From NCBI GenBank assembly GCA_045611825.1, contig JAZKXW010000053.1, positions 10,437-74,436 of the forward strand: 64,000 nucleotides of DNA, given 5' to 3'. Each line of letters starts with the position of its first letter. Position 1 is the first letter of the stretch. The stretch comes from Faecousia sp. (GTDB lineage Bacteria > Bacillota > Clostridia > Oscillospirales > Oscillospiraceae). The notes beneath the pieces are model-generated. The model was not told the origin of the DNA. It saw only the letters and a program-made list of their open reading frames with translations, and did not search any database. Shown here in pieces: positions 38,357 to 49,057 of the stretch. Both the position numbers and the translations under genes were made by a program.

Positions 38357-38827
38357 ATGATCCGATTGATTTCCGGTGTCTGTCGTGTCGGCAATAAGCT
38401 GATGCGCCCGGCAGATAAGCCCTTTTCCATCACCAAGGAAGAGGAAGAATACCTTGTGGAACAGGGTGTTGCTAAGTATGTAACCGAGGAAAAGCCTGCG
38501 GAGGGGGTTGCAACGCCCCCTGTCGATCCGGACGGTGCGGCAGCTGGTGTTAACTCGGGTAACGACGAAAGCGGCGCAGATGGCACTCAGGGCGGCGGTG
38601 AAGAAACCGAGGACGCCCTCACCATCGTTGACGGTCACTATGTCAAGGAAGAGTTGATGAAACTCACTCGCCCCGAACTGAATGCCATGGCAGAAAGCCT
38701 TGGTCTGGACGGTGCGTCCTGCGACAACAAGGGCCAGGTCGCTGATCTGATCTGCGCTATCGAAGTCGCTGGTAACGACGAGGGCGGTCAGATGCCCAAC
38801 CTCAACCCGGAGGATCCTGTGGTATGA
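38357..38827 (+). CDS. Head-associated protein with Rho-N/HeH-like C-terminus
   Basis: LMKLTRPEL..MAESLGL.....KGQV.DLI. Confidence 0.6.
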   Translation: MIRLISGVCRVGNKLMRPADKPFSITKEEEEYLVEQGVAKYVTEEKPAEGVATPPVDPDGAAAGVNSGNDESGADGTQGGGEETEDALTIVDGHYVKEELMKLTRPELNAMAESLGLDGASCDNKGQVADLICAIEVAGNDEGGQMPNLNPEDPVV

Positions 38828-39189
38828 GTTTCAAGGACATGGTTGCAGCTGATAACCACAGCACCTTCCTCAACCTGGCAGAGTTCGCAGAAAAGCGGAC
38901 GATAAAGTACGATGGGGAGATCTTCGTGGATATCCCCATCGTACTGACCGGGCGTAAAGAAAAGGACCGGCGTGTTCTGGTCAGCGACCATGTCCAGGGT
39001 CTATTCCTTGTTACCGACATTCTTCATTGCGCTATGTCTGACCTCGGGGGCAAACAACCTGAAAAGGGATCCCGTATCAGCATCAACTACCAGGAGGGCG
39101 GCGGTGGCTATTTCGGTAGCTACTATGTTGCTTCCTCTGTTGAGAAGATGGGTATGCTCCGTGTTGAACTGGAGGCGATCGGCGAATGA
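38824..39189 (+). CDS. Head-tail adaptor
   Basis: MSFKDMV.AD...FLN..EFAE; position. Confidence 0.7.
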   Translation: MSFKDMVAADNHSTFLNLAEFAEKRTIKYDGEIFVDIPIVLTGRKEKDRRVLVSDHVQGLFLVTDILHCAMSDLGGKQPEKGSRISINYQEGGGGYFGSYYVASSVEKMGMLRVELEAIGE

Positions 39190-39758
39190 GTGTGGTTCGG
39201 ATTGACGAGGTTGGCAAAACCAGTCTGGACAGGATCAATAAACTGCTTGCCGGTGTTCCTGGCGGTATATGGAAAGCTACTTCCGCTGCCATGAAACGAT
39301 CCGGTGAAACAGCAAAGACCCGGGCTGGTCAGTTTGCGGCGGCTGAGTACACCATCAGCAAAGGATCTTTTATGCACAATGTTTCGCAGAAGACCCACAT
39401 TTCCGGTGGCGCTGGCGGCGTTGTGAGTATGAGCATCGGCTTTGCCGGTACTGTGCTGCCGTTGCTGACTTTTAACACACGGTTTTCGAGGAATGGTCTG
39501 GTACAGACGCAGGTAAAGCGCAATGGTGGCGCCGCCACACTGGAACACGCCTTTGTTGCCAACATATATGGCAGCACGGCGGTGTTTGAGCGTGTCGGTG
39601 CCCCTCGTTTCCCTGTGGAGCAGAAATACGGCCCCAGTACCGGACACATGATGCAGAACGAGCAGGTCATAGAGAAGATGGACGAAACGATCCGGACAAC
39701 CTTTGACTCTCGTATCGAACACGAGGTGCTTCGTGTTCTCAATGGATGGGGAGGTTAA
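39186..39758 (+). CDS. Minor tail protein (gpZ-like)
   Basis: AF......VFER.G..RFP....GPS...M. Confidence 0.75.
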   Translation: MSVVRIDEVGKTSLDRINKLLAGVPGGIWKATSAAMKRSGETAKTRAGQFAAAEYTISKGSFMHNVSQKTHISGGAGGVVSMSIGFAGTVLPLLTFNTRFSRNGLVQTQVKRNGGAATLEHAFVANIYGSTAVFERVGAPRFPVEQKYGPSTGHMMQNEQVIEKMDETIRTTFDSRIEHEVLRVLNGWGG

Positions 39759-39761
39759 CTT

Positions 39762-40247
39762 ATGACAAGAGTGGTTCTCCTGGAGCAGCTGAAGGAGTTT
39801 TCCAAAGCGGCGACAGCGGATCTCATTATGCCGGTATCTATGCAGAAGGGCGATACGGAACAGAAATTCCGGGCAGCGGATGTCTACCTTATGCGCCTGC
39901 CTGATAGTACGGCAGCGTATAAGAAAGCCCCCTACATTCTGCATCAGTTTATCACCGGCGCCGACAGTCAGCCTAAGGGTGAGCGGGATATTTCCACCAC
40001 AAAGGTACGCACTATTTTCTGCGTCTACAATGACGATGAACAGGAAGGTGCGCTGATGCTCCTTAACCTGATGGAACGGGTGCGAATCGGGATCCTGAAA
40101 AAGATCGTGATTGGCAATCAGTTCACTCTGGATAAGGAAGCGGGGTTGGAATGCCTTGCATACCCGGACGACACGGCGCCGTGCTACGCCGGCGAGATGG
40201 TATCCACTTGGATTATGCCGTCAGTCGAAAGAGAGGTTCCATTATGA
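39762..40247 (+). CDS. Tail completion/terminator protein
   Basis: Position before the sheath gene; PYI....G.D. Confidence 0.65.
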   Translation: MTRVVLLEQLKEFSKAATADLIMPVSMQKGDTEQKFRAADVYLMRLPDSTAAYKKAPYILHQFITGADSQPKGERDISTTKVRTIFCVYNDDEQEGALMLLNLMERVRIGILKKIVIGNQFTLDKEAGLECLAYPDDTAPCYAGEMVSTWIMPSVEREVPL

Positions 40248-40546
40248 GCGATAACAAATCTAAGCCTGCGGCAAAGAAATCTGCCGCAGTTCAGAAGCCG
40301 GCCGCAGAGGTCGGCTTCTGTGTTTACATCGGTCCTACCATTGCTGGCGTGATCCAGTCCGGTACGATCTTCCGTGGCACCAAGAAAGAGGTACTCAAAT
40401 CCGTGGCGAACACTACGGAACGGTACCCGCTTGTGGCGTCGCTGATCGTAACCGGCGACACGCTGGCGCAGGATCGCATCAAAGTCAAAACCCCCGGCAA
40501 TCTGCTGTATGTGAACTATCACAAACTGGCATCCGGGGCCATGTAA
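40244..40546 (+). CDS. Small tail-associated protein
   Basis: VYIGPTI.G.I..GTIF; position. Confidence 0.6.
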   Translation: MSDNKSKPAAKKSAAVQKPAAEVGFCVYIGPTIAGVIQSGTIFRGTKKEVLKSVANTTERYPLVASLIVTGDTLAQDRIKVKTPGNLLYVNYHKLASGAM

Positions 40547-40558
40547 GGAGGAAATTCT

Positions 40559-41962
40559 ATGAACCATGGTGTATTCAATACCGAGCAGGCCACCAGTGTT
40601 ACCACCCCGGCAGTAGCCGAGTCCGGTGTTGCATTTGTCGTCGGTGCTGCTCCTGTGCAGAGCGCCGCCAACCCCGCAAAGGTCGGCATCCCCGTGATCT
40701 GCACAAGTTGGAAGGAAGCCGTTGAAAAGCTCGGCTACTCCGACAACTGGAAGAAGTACGGCCTGTGCGAGTTTATGTACTCTCACTTCAAGCTGTTCTG
40801 CTGCCAGCCCGTGATCTTCTGCAACATCCTGGATGTGTCCAAGTCCGAAGCCGTTGCCGCTGCGGATATGGATGTGGTCGATCATAAGGTCAAGCTGCCC
40901 ATCGAAGCCATTGCCGACAAGGTGGTGGTTAAGGCAAACGACAAGGCGTGTGCTGCCGGCACCGATTACGGCACCTATGTTGATGGTGAGTATCTGGTGA
41001 TCGAACTGCTGGCCGATGGCTCCGCTTATGAAGCCCAGAGCCTGAATGTGGCATACTCCAAGGTCAACCACGAAGTTGCAACCGCTGATGTCGCTGCCGG
41101 CATCGAAGCTGTTGAACTGTGTCTGACCACTCTGGGCATTGTGCCTGACCTGATCTGCGCCCCCGGCTGGTCTCATAACCCCACCATTGCAGCTGCTATG
41201 GTGGCAAAGGCTGCAACCATCAACGGTCTGTTTAAGGCCAAGGCTATTACCGATCTGGACTGCACCTCTGCTGGTGCCAAGTCCTACACCGAGGCTATTG
41301 CGCTGAAGGCTTCCGCCAATATGACCGACAAGGATCAGATTGTGTGCTGGCCCATGCTGCGCAATGGTGCATACCTGTTCCATAAGTCCACGCAGACTGC
41401 CGGTCTGATGGCGCAGGTTGACACCAACAACGGCGGCGTTCCCTATGAGTCTCCCTCCAACAAGAACCTGGCGTGTGATGGCCTGGTACTGGCTGACGGT
41501 ACCGAAGTCAATCTCACTCTGGCGCAGGCAAACCAGCTGAACGCAGCCGGTATCTCTACTGCGCTGAACTTCGTCAACGGTTGGGTGGAGTGGGGCAACT
41601 ACACCGGCTGCTATCCCGCAAGCACCGATGTCAAGGACTATATGATCCCCATTTCCAGAATGTTCGCTTGGGTTGGTAACTCCCTTATCAAGACTTTCTG
41701 GAGCAAACTGGATCAGCCCATGACCCGCAGACTGATCGATACCATCCTGGACTCTGCCAACATTTGGCTGAACGGCTTGGTTGGTCAGAATTACTTGCTG
41801 GGCGGCCGTGTGGAAATGAACGAGGACGAAAATCCTCTCACCAACCTCATGGCAGGCATCATCAAACTGCATGTCTATTTGACCCCTCCCGGCCCCGCCC
41901 AGGAGATCGATTTTGTCTTGGAGTATGACGCCAGTTATGTAACTGCGGCTCTCCAGGGCTAA
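40559..41962 (+). CDS. Contractile tail sheath
   Basis: HGV...E, VGAAPV, PDLI.APGWS, SPSNK, WGNYT, PPGPAQEI.F. Confidence 0.92.
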   Translation: MNHGVFNTEQATSVTTPAVAESGVAFVVGAAPVQSAANPAKVGIPVICTSWKEAVEKLGYSDNWKKYGLCEFMYSHFKLFCCQPVIFCNILDVSKSEAVAAADMDVVDHKVKLPIEAIADKVVVKANDKACAAGTDYGTYVDGEYLVIELLADGSAYEAQSLNVAYSKVNHEVATADVAAGIEAVELCLTTLGIVPDLICAPGWSHNPTIAAAMVAKAATINGLFKAKAITDLDCTSAGAKSYTEAIALKASANMTDKDQIVCWPMLRNGAYLFHKSTQTAGLMAQVDTNNGGVPYESPSNKNLACDGLVLADGTEVNLTLAQANQLNAAGISTALNFVNGWVEWGNYTGCYPASTDVKDYMIPISRMFAWVGNSLIKTFWSKLDQPMTRRLIDTILDSANIWLNGLVGQNYLLGGRVEMNEDENPLTNLMAGIIKLHVYLTPPGPAQEIDFVLEYDASYVTAALQG

Positions 41963-41978
41963 GGAAGGAGACTGAACT

Positions 41979-42488
41979 ATGGATCAGAGTGTAATCAATT
42001 TCGCTGTTTATGAGGACAGTGTTGAGTTCATGGGTCTGGCAAAGGTTACTCTGCCTGACCTGACCGCTCTTACGCAGTCTATCTCCGGTGCCGGTATCGC
42101 CGGCAATGTGGAGAGTGTTCTGCTCGGCCACTTCGAGGCTATGACCCTGGGCCTTGCTTTCCGGAACACCACCAAACAGGTTATTCGGCTGGCAGAGCCC
42201 CGCCGTCATAACATCGACCTGCGGATCGCACAGCAGGACGAGAACACCGTCAAGGGTGCTGTTGAGGTTCGCAATGTGAAGCATGTGTTTGCGGTCATTC
42301 CCAAGAGCACCAAGGGCGGCACCGTCGCCCCTGCTTCCCCCACCGATGGCAGCGGCGAGTATGCCATTCGCTACTGGGCTAACTACATTGATGGCAAGAA
42401 GGTTTTGGAGATCGATCCTCTGAACTTCATTTGCTTCATCAATGGTGTCGACTATCTGGCACCTGTGCGTAAGGCACTGGGTAAGTAA
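41979..42488 (+). CDS. Tail tube protein (P2 FII family)
   Basis: G.AKVTLPDL...SGAGIAG...G.FE...EID..N....NGVDYL..VR.ALG. Confidence 0.92.
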   Translation: MDQSVINFAVYEDSVEFMGLAKVTLPDLTALTQSISGAGIAGNVESVLLGHFEAMTLGLAFRNTTKQVIRLAEPRRHNIDLRIAQQDENTVKGAVEVRNVKHVFAVIPKSTKGGTVAPASPTDGSGEYAIRYWANYIDGKKVLEIDPLNFICFINGVDYLAPVRKALGK

Positions 42489-42539
42489 TTCATCCGGGGC
42501 GGCAACGCCCCGGACTTTGACTATGAAAGGAGTACCACA

Positions 42540-42890
42540 ATGAGTATTGTTGACAAAACCGAGATCGCTGCCGCTGAACAGGCTGCTTCCACGAGTGTTC
42601 CCGTTTACACCCATACTTTCGCCACCCCTTTTACTCACGGCGATAAGACCTATGAGGAAATGGCTTTTGACTTCGGCAAGCTGACTGGCGGCGACTGCCT
42701 GGACATCGAAGCAGAATTGCAGATGATGGGCAAGCCGCTGATCGCTCCCGAGTTTAGCGGTGAGTTCCTTGTTCGCATGGCTGCCAAAGCTGCCGGCATC
42801 GGCGCCGATGTGCTGATGGCTATGCCTATGGCTGACTACAACCGGATCCGCAGCCGTGCCCGTTCTTTTTTGTTAAAGTCGGGGCTGTAA
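42540..42890 (+). CDS. Tail assembly chaperone (gpE-like); -1 frameshift extends it to 43042
   Basis: TTTTTTG at 42866-42872; open -1 frame ...TPIPYWLSLPLADLRCWLD...* ends before the tape measure gene. Confidence 0.85.
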   Translation: MSIVDKTEIAAAEQAASTSVPVYTHTFATPFTHGDKTYEEMAFDFGKLTGGDCLDIEAELQMMGKPLIAPEFSGEFLVRMAAKAAGIGADVLMAMPMADYNRIRSRARSFLLKSGL

Positions 42891-43066
42891 ACGGCGGTAA
42901 ATGGCTCCGAAAGCAGTGCTTCATTCTATCATCGAACACCAACACGCCGATCCCGTACTGGCTATCGTTGCCGCTTGCGGATCTGCGCTGTTGGCTCGAT
43001 GTGAACAATGAGGTGCTGGAGAACAGGAACAAGAAACAGTGATTTTGCAAAAGGAGGGAACCGTGT

Positions 43067-46000
43067 ATGGCAGCAGGCCGCAAAGAATATGAGATGCTAT
43101 TCCAACTGAACGCCCAACTGGGCGGCAGTTACAGTAGCACCTTTACCAAGGCCCAATCTCAGGTTGCAGCCATGCAAAAGGAGATTACTGCCCTAAGCAA
43201 AACACAGTCCGATATTTCTGCCTACCAAAAGCAGCAAAGCGCTTTGGAGGCAACTCGGCAAAAACTTCTCACTCTGCAGCAGCAGTACGACAACATCCAA
43301 AAGGAGATCGGTGAAACAGAGGGTTATTCCTCTGCACTGGAAAACCGGCTGTTGGCAAAGCAGCAGCAGATTGAGAAAACCTCCGCTTCCATCGACAGAC
43401 AGACACAGAGCCTTCAGCAGATGCGTGATGCCCTGGATGCTGCCGGTGTCGATGTGAAGGATCTGGAAAACGAGTCCGCCCGTCTCGGTTCCGAGATGGA
43501 GGACTTGAAGCAAAAGCAGGTCGAGGTGCAGGAAGCTGCCGAAAAGATGGGCAACTCCGGAACACAGGCTATCCAAGCCTACCAGCAGGCTCTTGTTGCA
43601 AGCGGCATCCAAGATGCGCTAAAGGCGATCTTTGAGGAATTGCAGGCTTGCGCCGAGGCTTCCATGGAGTTCGAGTCCGCTCTGACTGGCGTCGATAAGA
43701 CCACCAATTTGACGGCATCTGAACTGGCTGAAATGTCTGCATCGGTCAAAGATCTTGCTTTGGAGATCCCGGTTACAACCGATGAAATGCTGGCAATCGG
43801 CGAGGTCGCCGGTCAGCTCGGCATTGCAAAGGGAAATATCCTGGATTTCGCTACCACGATGTCCATGCTGTCAACTGCCACCACAATGGCAGCTGACGAG
43901 GGCGCTACGATGCTGGCTCAGTTCGCCAATATCACGCAGATGGATCAGACCCAGTATGACGAATTGGCAAGCGCCATCGTCGCCTTGGGTAACTCCTACG
44001 CCACCACAGAGCAGAAGATCACGGAGATGTCGCAGGGCATTGCGGCCAGCGCAAGTCTGGCAGGAATGTCCGAAGCGGATATGCTGGGTTTGTCTGCTGC
44101 TGTGTCCTCCTTGGGTATCGAAACCCAAATGGGTTCAACGGCTGTCTCCAAGCTGATTTCTATGCTTATGACTGCCGTAGAAACCGGTGATGGCTTGGAG
44201 GATCTGGCCTATGTAGCCGGTATGAGTGCGGATCAGTTTGCCGAAGCCTGGGGCAACAACGCCGTTGGAGCCTTGGAGAGCTTCGTTGTAGGTCTGTCCG
44301 ATACGGAGCGCCTTGGTCAGAGTGCCATTGTCACACTGACCGATCTCGGCGTTACCGAAACCCGTATGCAGCGCACGATCCTGTCGCTGTCCAATTCCGG
44401 AGATCTTCTGACCCGGACTATCGCCACCGCAAATCAGGCGTGGGATGAAAACATTGCACTGTCCGAGGAAGCGGCAAAGCGGTATGCTACCACGGCAAGC
44501 CAGCAGGTGATGATGCAAAACTCCTTCAACAACCTGCGTATTGCTATTGGAGACAACTACACACCCGCCCTAAAGGAACTGTATGGCGTTACTAACGATG
44601 TTCTTGCCGGTGTAACGGATTTCGTGGAAGCGAACCCCGGACTGGTTAAGGCTGTTACCGCCACCGTTGGCGTGATCGGCTTGGTTACGGCTGCGCTGGC
44701 GGCGTATACGGTTGCTGCAAAGGTTGGTGCCGCTGCTTCTGCAATGCTGACCGCAGCGATCCCTGGTGTCAATGTCATTATGGGTGTAACTGCCGGCATT
44801 GCTGCTCTTACCGGTGTGGTTGTCGGTCTGTCCGAAGCCACCGATAAGGAAGCGCAGGCGGTCCGTGAAATGACCGAGGCTTCTCGGGAGGACTACTATC
44901 AGCTGCAAGATCTCCGTAGTGAGTATGAAGCAGCTGCTGCAACCTATGGCGAAAACTCTGAGGAAGCCCTATATCTTGCTTGGCAGATCGACGAGCTGAG
45001 TGCATCTTTCGAGAACAATAAGCAATCCTTGGCAGAGTATGTCGAGGAAAGCAACGCCGCAAGCGACAGCATGAACTCCATGCTCGATGCCAACCGGGAT
45101 GCTTACGAGCAGATCGGCACCAACGAGGGTACAACCCTTGCACTGGTTCACCGGCTCCAAGATCTTGCTTCTCAGACTGACCAGACTGTGGAAACGCAGG
45201 AGGAAATGAAGGCGATCATTACCGAACTGAATGGCATAGTTCCCGAACTTGCTATCAGTTACGAGGATGTCGTTAATGGCGTAACGGACTACGCCGCAGC
45301 CATCGAAGCTACGATAAAGGCGGAAGCCGCAAAGCAGAGATACGAGCAGTCGCGGCAAGCCATGGTCGATGCCTTGAACGCCCAGTATGAAGCCGAACAG
45401 CGATTGGCAGAAGCGAAGGACAACCAGGCTTCGGCTCAAGCCCGGTACAACCGTGCGTATGCGGACTACTGTGCAACAATGGACGCCTACTCGATGAACG
45501 GACAAAATCCGTGGGCGGGTGTTGCGATGTGGTTTACCGACGAGCAAAGAGAACTCAATGCGGCAAAGGAAGCGCTGGGAAACTATAACGCAGAGGTGGA
45601 AAAGTGGCAACGCAACCTTGACTCTGCCACCTCCGAATATCAGGAATATTTGGGCTCTATGGTTGACTATGTCGAAACCATGGAGGAGTCTACCACAAGC
45701 ACCGCCGAACTGAACGAGCGGATCAGTGAGACCACCACAAAGATGGAGGAACTCGCTGAGGCCTACACGCTCGCTTACGAAGCTGCTTATTCCAGCGTGT
45801 CTGGGCAATATTCCCTTTGGGAAGAAGCCGCAGAAGTCGTTGCAACGAGCGCAGGCACCATAAATACCGCCCTCGACAGCCAGATCACATATTGGCAAAA
45901 TTACAACAGCAATTTGCAGTCCCTTACTGACCGCAGCAAGGACATTGAGGGGTTGAGCGATATGATCGCTTCCTTTGCTGATGGATCTACCGATAGTGTG

Positions 46001-46705
46001 AATGCGGTTGCTGGCATGGCGACTGCCACCGACGAAGAATTGGCGGCTATGGTCGCTGACTGGCAGACCTTGCAGGCCGAGCAGGATAAGGTTGCAACCA
46101 GTATCGCCGAGCTGAACACCAACTTCACGGCTGAAATGGATGCGCTGAAAACTCAGCTTGCAAGCGACATTGAGGAAATGAACCTTTCCGAAGAAGCTGC
46201 CACAAGCGGTAAGTACACTATCCAAGGCTTTATCAATGGCGCCACCGATATGCTCCCGCAGGTCCAGGCTGCTTATGCCCGGATTGCCAGAGCCGCTATG
46301 GATGCCATCGACAGCACATTGGACATCAACAGCCCGTCGAAGGAGATGGAGTACCGTGCAGAAATGACCTGGGCCGGTTATATCAATCAGACCCGGGAAA
46401 TGGAACCCGAGGTTATGAACGCAATGTCCGAAGCTGCCGGCGCAGGTGCCGACGCCACCGACATTCAGCTTATGACCTTTGCACCGCAGCTGATCGCTGC
46501 GCTGAGCGGTTACAGAGGATCGGCAACGGAAGCTGTGAGCAGCTACCACGCCACCCCTGTTTCTATCCAAGTATCGTTCCAAATCGCCGGCGATGCTACC
46601 CCTGATGTGGTGGATGCACTGGACAGATACGGCGACGAGTTTGCAGAACGGGTGCTTGCTGTCGTGGAGGAAGCGGGCATTGACGCCACAAGGAGGGGTT
46701 ACTAA
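43067..46705 (+). CDS. Tape measure protein
   Basis: 1212 aa Ala-rich; FESALTGVDKT, L.EEAAKRYAT, INSPSK motifs. Confidence 0.92.
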   Translation: MAAGRKEYEMLFQLNAQLGGSYSSTFTKAQSQVAAMQKEITALSKTQSDISAYQKQQSALEATRQKLLTLQQQYDNIQKEIGETEGYSSALENRLLAKQQQIEKTSASIDRQTQSLQQMRDALDAAGVDVKDLENESARLGSEMEDLKQKQVEVQEAAEKMGNSGTQAIQAYQQALVASGIQDALKAIFEELQACAEASMEFESALTGVDKTTNLTASELAEMSASVKDLALEIPVTTDEMLAIGEVAGQLGIAKGNILDFATTMSMLSTATTMAADEGATMLAQFANITQMDQTQYDELASAIVALGNSYATTEQKITEMSQGIAASASLAGMSEADMLGLSAAVSSLGIETQMGSTAVSKLISMLMTAVETGDGLEDLAYVAGMSADQFAEAWGNNAVGALESFVVGLSDTERLGQSAIVTLTDLGVTETRMQRTILSLSNSGDLLTRTIATANQAWDENIALSEEAAKRYATTASQQVMMQNSFNNLRIAIGDNYTPALKELYGVTNDVLAGVTDFVEANPGLVKAVTATVGVIGLVTAALAAYTVAAKVGAAASAMLTAAIPGVNVIMGVTAGIAALTGVVVGLSEATDKEAQAVREMTEASREDYYQLQDLRSEYEAAAATYGENSEEALYLAWQIDELSASFENNKQSLAEYVEESNAASDSMNSMLDANRDAYEQIGTNEGTTLALVHRLQDLASQTDQTVETQEEMKAIITELNGIVPELAISYEDVVNGVTDYAAAIEATIKAEAAKQRYEQSRQAMVDALNAQYEAEQRLAEAKDNQASAQARYNRAYADYCATMDAYSMNGQNPWAGVAMWFTDEQRELNAAKEALGNYNAEVEKWQRNLDSATSEYQEYLGSMVDYVETMEESTTSTAELNERISETTTKMEELAEAYTLAYEAAYSSVSGQYSLWEEAAEVVATSAGTINTALDSQITYWQNYNSNLQSLTDRSKDIEGLSDMIASFADGSTDSVNAVAGMATATDEELAAMVADWQTLQAEQDKVATSIAELNTNFTAEMDALKTQLASDIEEMNLSEEAATSGKYTIQGFINGATDMLPQVQAAYARIARAAMDAIDSTLDINSPSKEMEYRAEMTWAGYINQTREMEPEVMNAMSEAAGAGADATDIQLMTFAPQLIAALSGYRGSATEAVSSYHATPVSIQVSFQIAGDATPDVVDALDRYGDEFAERVLAVVEEAGIDATRRGY

Positions 46706-46914
46706 TGGCAACCTATACAACCAAACAAGGCGATATGTGGGATGCCATTGCGCACACCCAGTTAGGGGATGTGTCGTACACCGATAAGCTGATGAACCTT
46801 AATCAGCAGCACCGGGAGTACTACACATTCCCAGCTGGGATCGTGCTGCAGCTTCCCGAGGTGTCCACGGATCTGATCGATACGATGCCGCCCTGGAAGC
46901 AGGTGACAGGATGA
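46705..46914 (+). CDS. Tail protein X (LysM-like)
   Basis: YTTKQGDMWD.IA...G...L...N......FPAG..L.LP...PPW. Confidence 0.88.
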   Translation: MATYTTKQGDMWDAIAHTQLGDVSYTDKLMNLNQQHREYYTFPAGIVLQLPEVSTDLIDTMPPWKQVTG

Positions 46915-48701
46915 GTAACGCAGATCTTGCCCGGAGAGCCCGGGCGCAAGTCGCCTTTGATGGCATCGACATTACCAAGTCGATCACGCCATACTTGCTG
47001 TCGCTATCCTATACCGACAGCGAAGAGGACGAAGCTGACGATCTGCAAATCAAGTTGCAGGATCGTGAGAGTGTGTGGCTGACATCCTGGCTCAACCAAG
47101 CGATTGACGCCGCTTCTGAGCCTTCGTCCTCTGCCGGCGCACCGGTTACGGCTTCCGAACTGAGCGTCGGTGATATTGTAGAGTTTACCGGTACCACGCA
47201 TTACAGCAATGCTAACGCCTCCAGCGGTCCTTCGTGCAGACCTGGTAGAGCTAAGGTAACGGCTCTTTACAAAACCGGAAAACACCCTGTCCATCTGATC
47301 GCCGAAAAAGGCGGTGGATCCACCGTCTATGGCTGGGTAGATCTTGCGGACATAAAGGGGGCTTCCGGGCAGAGCGGTGCAGCGCAGACCGCGACAGCTG
47401 CAACCTATAAGGTCAATGCCAAAAGCGGTCTGAATGTCCGCTCTGGACCTGGCACCAACTATTCCCGGTATGGTGCTTTGACCTACGGCACGCAAGTGGT
47501 AATTACCGGCTCCACCGGTAATTGGTCGATCTTTACTTACAACGGGAAAACCGCCTACCTATACTCCGATTACCTAACAGCTGTTAGCACCGATGCTTCC
47601 TCGATGCCTACTCTCCGCTTTGGCAGTCAAGGCACGAATGTCAAAACGATGCAGCAGCACTTGGTGTCGCTTGGCTACTCTCTGCCGAGATTTGGCGTTG
47701 ACGGTTACTTTGGCAGCGAAACACAATCTGCTGTTACTGCGTTCCAGCGGGATCACGGACTGTCGCAAGACGGTATTTGTGGCCCTAAGACGTGGGCGGC
47801 AATCTTCTCGGCGCTCAATTCCTCGACGGTGCAGCCGTCAGTTGTTGAGAAGGTTGGCTTGTCCATCAGCGCAGTTATCGCATTGGAAAATGCGAACAGT
47901 GATGGAAAGGATAGGATCCTCGACTGTGGTCAGTTTGAACTTGACAGCGTGGACGCATCCGGTCCTCCCTCGGTTATCACCATCAAGGCTACGGCTCTGC
48001 CGTACACTTCGCAGATCCGACAGACCAAGAAAACCAAGGCGTGGGAATCGTACCACCTTTCCGGTATCGCAAACGAAATGGCATCGTCAAACGGAATGAG
48101 TTGCATGTATCTTGCAAAACAGGATCCGTTTTACCGGCGTGTGGAGCAGTATTCCACAAGCGACATTTCGTTCCTGCAAACCCTGGCCCATGCGGCCGGG
48201 TTGTCGCTGAAGGCAACCAACAACATCATTGTGCTTTACGACCAGGCATCGTATGAAGCGAACAACACGATACTGACCATCCGGAGGGGCGATAAGTCCT
48301 ATACCAAGTGGAAGGTCGGTACCAGTGAATCGGAAACCCATTACACATCATGCCGGGTAAGCTGGACAACCAGCGCCGGCAAGCTGATCGAGGGTATAGC
48401 GAAGGTCGAGGACTACGATGCTAAGTCGAAAACCAACCAGCAGTTGGAGATCAAAGCAAAGGTATCGAGCAAAGCGGAAGCTGATGCCCTCGCTGCCAAG
48501 ATGCTGCGTATGCACAACAAGTACCAAAAGACTGCTACCTTCACTATGCCGGGCAACCCTGCGTTGGTTGCCGGTATGACGGTGCAGCTGGAGGGTTGGG
48601 GCGGTTGGAGTGGTAAATATATCATTTCGCAATCCCGGCACAGTGTGGGAGGATCCTACACCACGCAGATTAAACTACGAAAGGTATTGGAGGGGTATTG
48701 A
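46911..48701 (+). CDS. Baseplate hub (late control gpD) with inserted SH3-like, SH3b and PG_binding_1 domains
   Basis: gpD N-terminus (SLSYTD.EE.EADDLQI.L.D) and C-terminus (VEQ...SD..FL, G.P.LVAG); LNVRSGPGTNY; LRFGSQG..V..Q..L..LGY...DG.FG. Confidence 0.85.
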   Translation: MSNADLARRARAQVAFDGIDITKSITPYLLSLSYTDSEEDEADDLQIKLQDRESVWLTSWLNQAIDAASEPSSSAGAPVTASELSVGDIVEFTGTTHYSNANASSGPSCRPGRAKVTALYKTGKHPVHLIAEKGGGSTVYGWVDLADIKGASGQSGAAQTATAATYKVNAKSGLNVRSGPGTNYSRYGALTYGTQVVITGSTGNWSIFTYNGKTAYLYSDYLTAVSTDASSMPTLRFGSQGTNVKTMQQHLVSLGYSLPRFGVDGYFGSETQSAVTAFQRDHGLSQDGICGPKTWAAIFSALNSSTVQPSVVEKVGLSISAVIALENANSDGKDRILDCGQFELDSVDASGPPSVITIKATALPYTSQIRQTKKTKAWESYHLSGIANEMASSNGMSCMYLAKQDPFYRRVEQYSTSDISFLQTLAHAAGLSLKATNNIIVLYDQASYEANNTILTIRRGDKSYTKWKVGTSESETHYTSCRVSWTTSAGKLIEGIAKVEDYDAKSKTNQQLEIKAKVSSKAEADALAAKMLRMHNKYQKTATFTMPGNPALVAGMTVQLEGWGGWSGKYIISQSRHSVGGSYTTQIKLRKVLEGY

Positions 48702-49057
48702 TGTCCGGAGAATTTGAGCGACTGATCCAAGTCGGCACAGTTACCGCTGTGGATCCTGCTGCGCATAAGGTGCGTGTAAAGTTTCTTGATACCGGGCTGA
48801 CCTCCGATTGGCTGAGTGTGCTGAAGAATGCGCCGTCTGTGTCCATCGGCTCTGCCGGCGCACATTCCCATGGGGGATCCGTTTCGGTTAACGCCGCTGA
48901 CGGTCACTCCCATGGGGCTTCTGTGTCCATCGAACAGGCTGACGGGCACAGGCACACCGCCTCTGTTAACCTCTGGATGCCTGCCGTAAACGATACCGTC
49001 CTCGTTGTATATCTCCCTGTTTTCAACAGCGATGGCTTTGTGATTGGAGGGATCTAA
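48698..49057 (+). CDS. Baseplate spike (gpV-like)
   Basis: IQVGTVTAVD....VRV.F.D...SDWL; MP.V.D.VLV.Y....DGFVIG; HxH repeats. Confidence 0.8.
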   Translation: MMSGEFERLIQVGTVTAVDPAAHKVRVKFLDTGLTSDWLSVLKNAPSVSIGSAGAHSHGGSVSVNAADGHSHGASVSIEQADGHRHTASVNLWMPAVNDTVLVVYLPVFNSDGFVIGGI

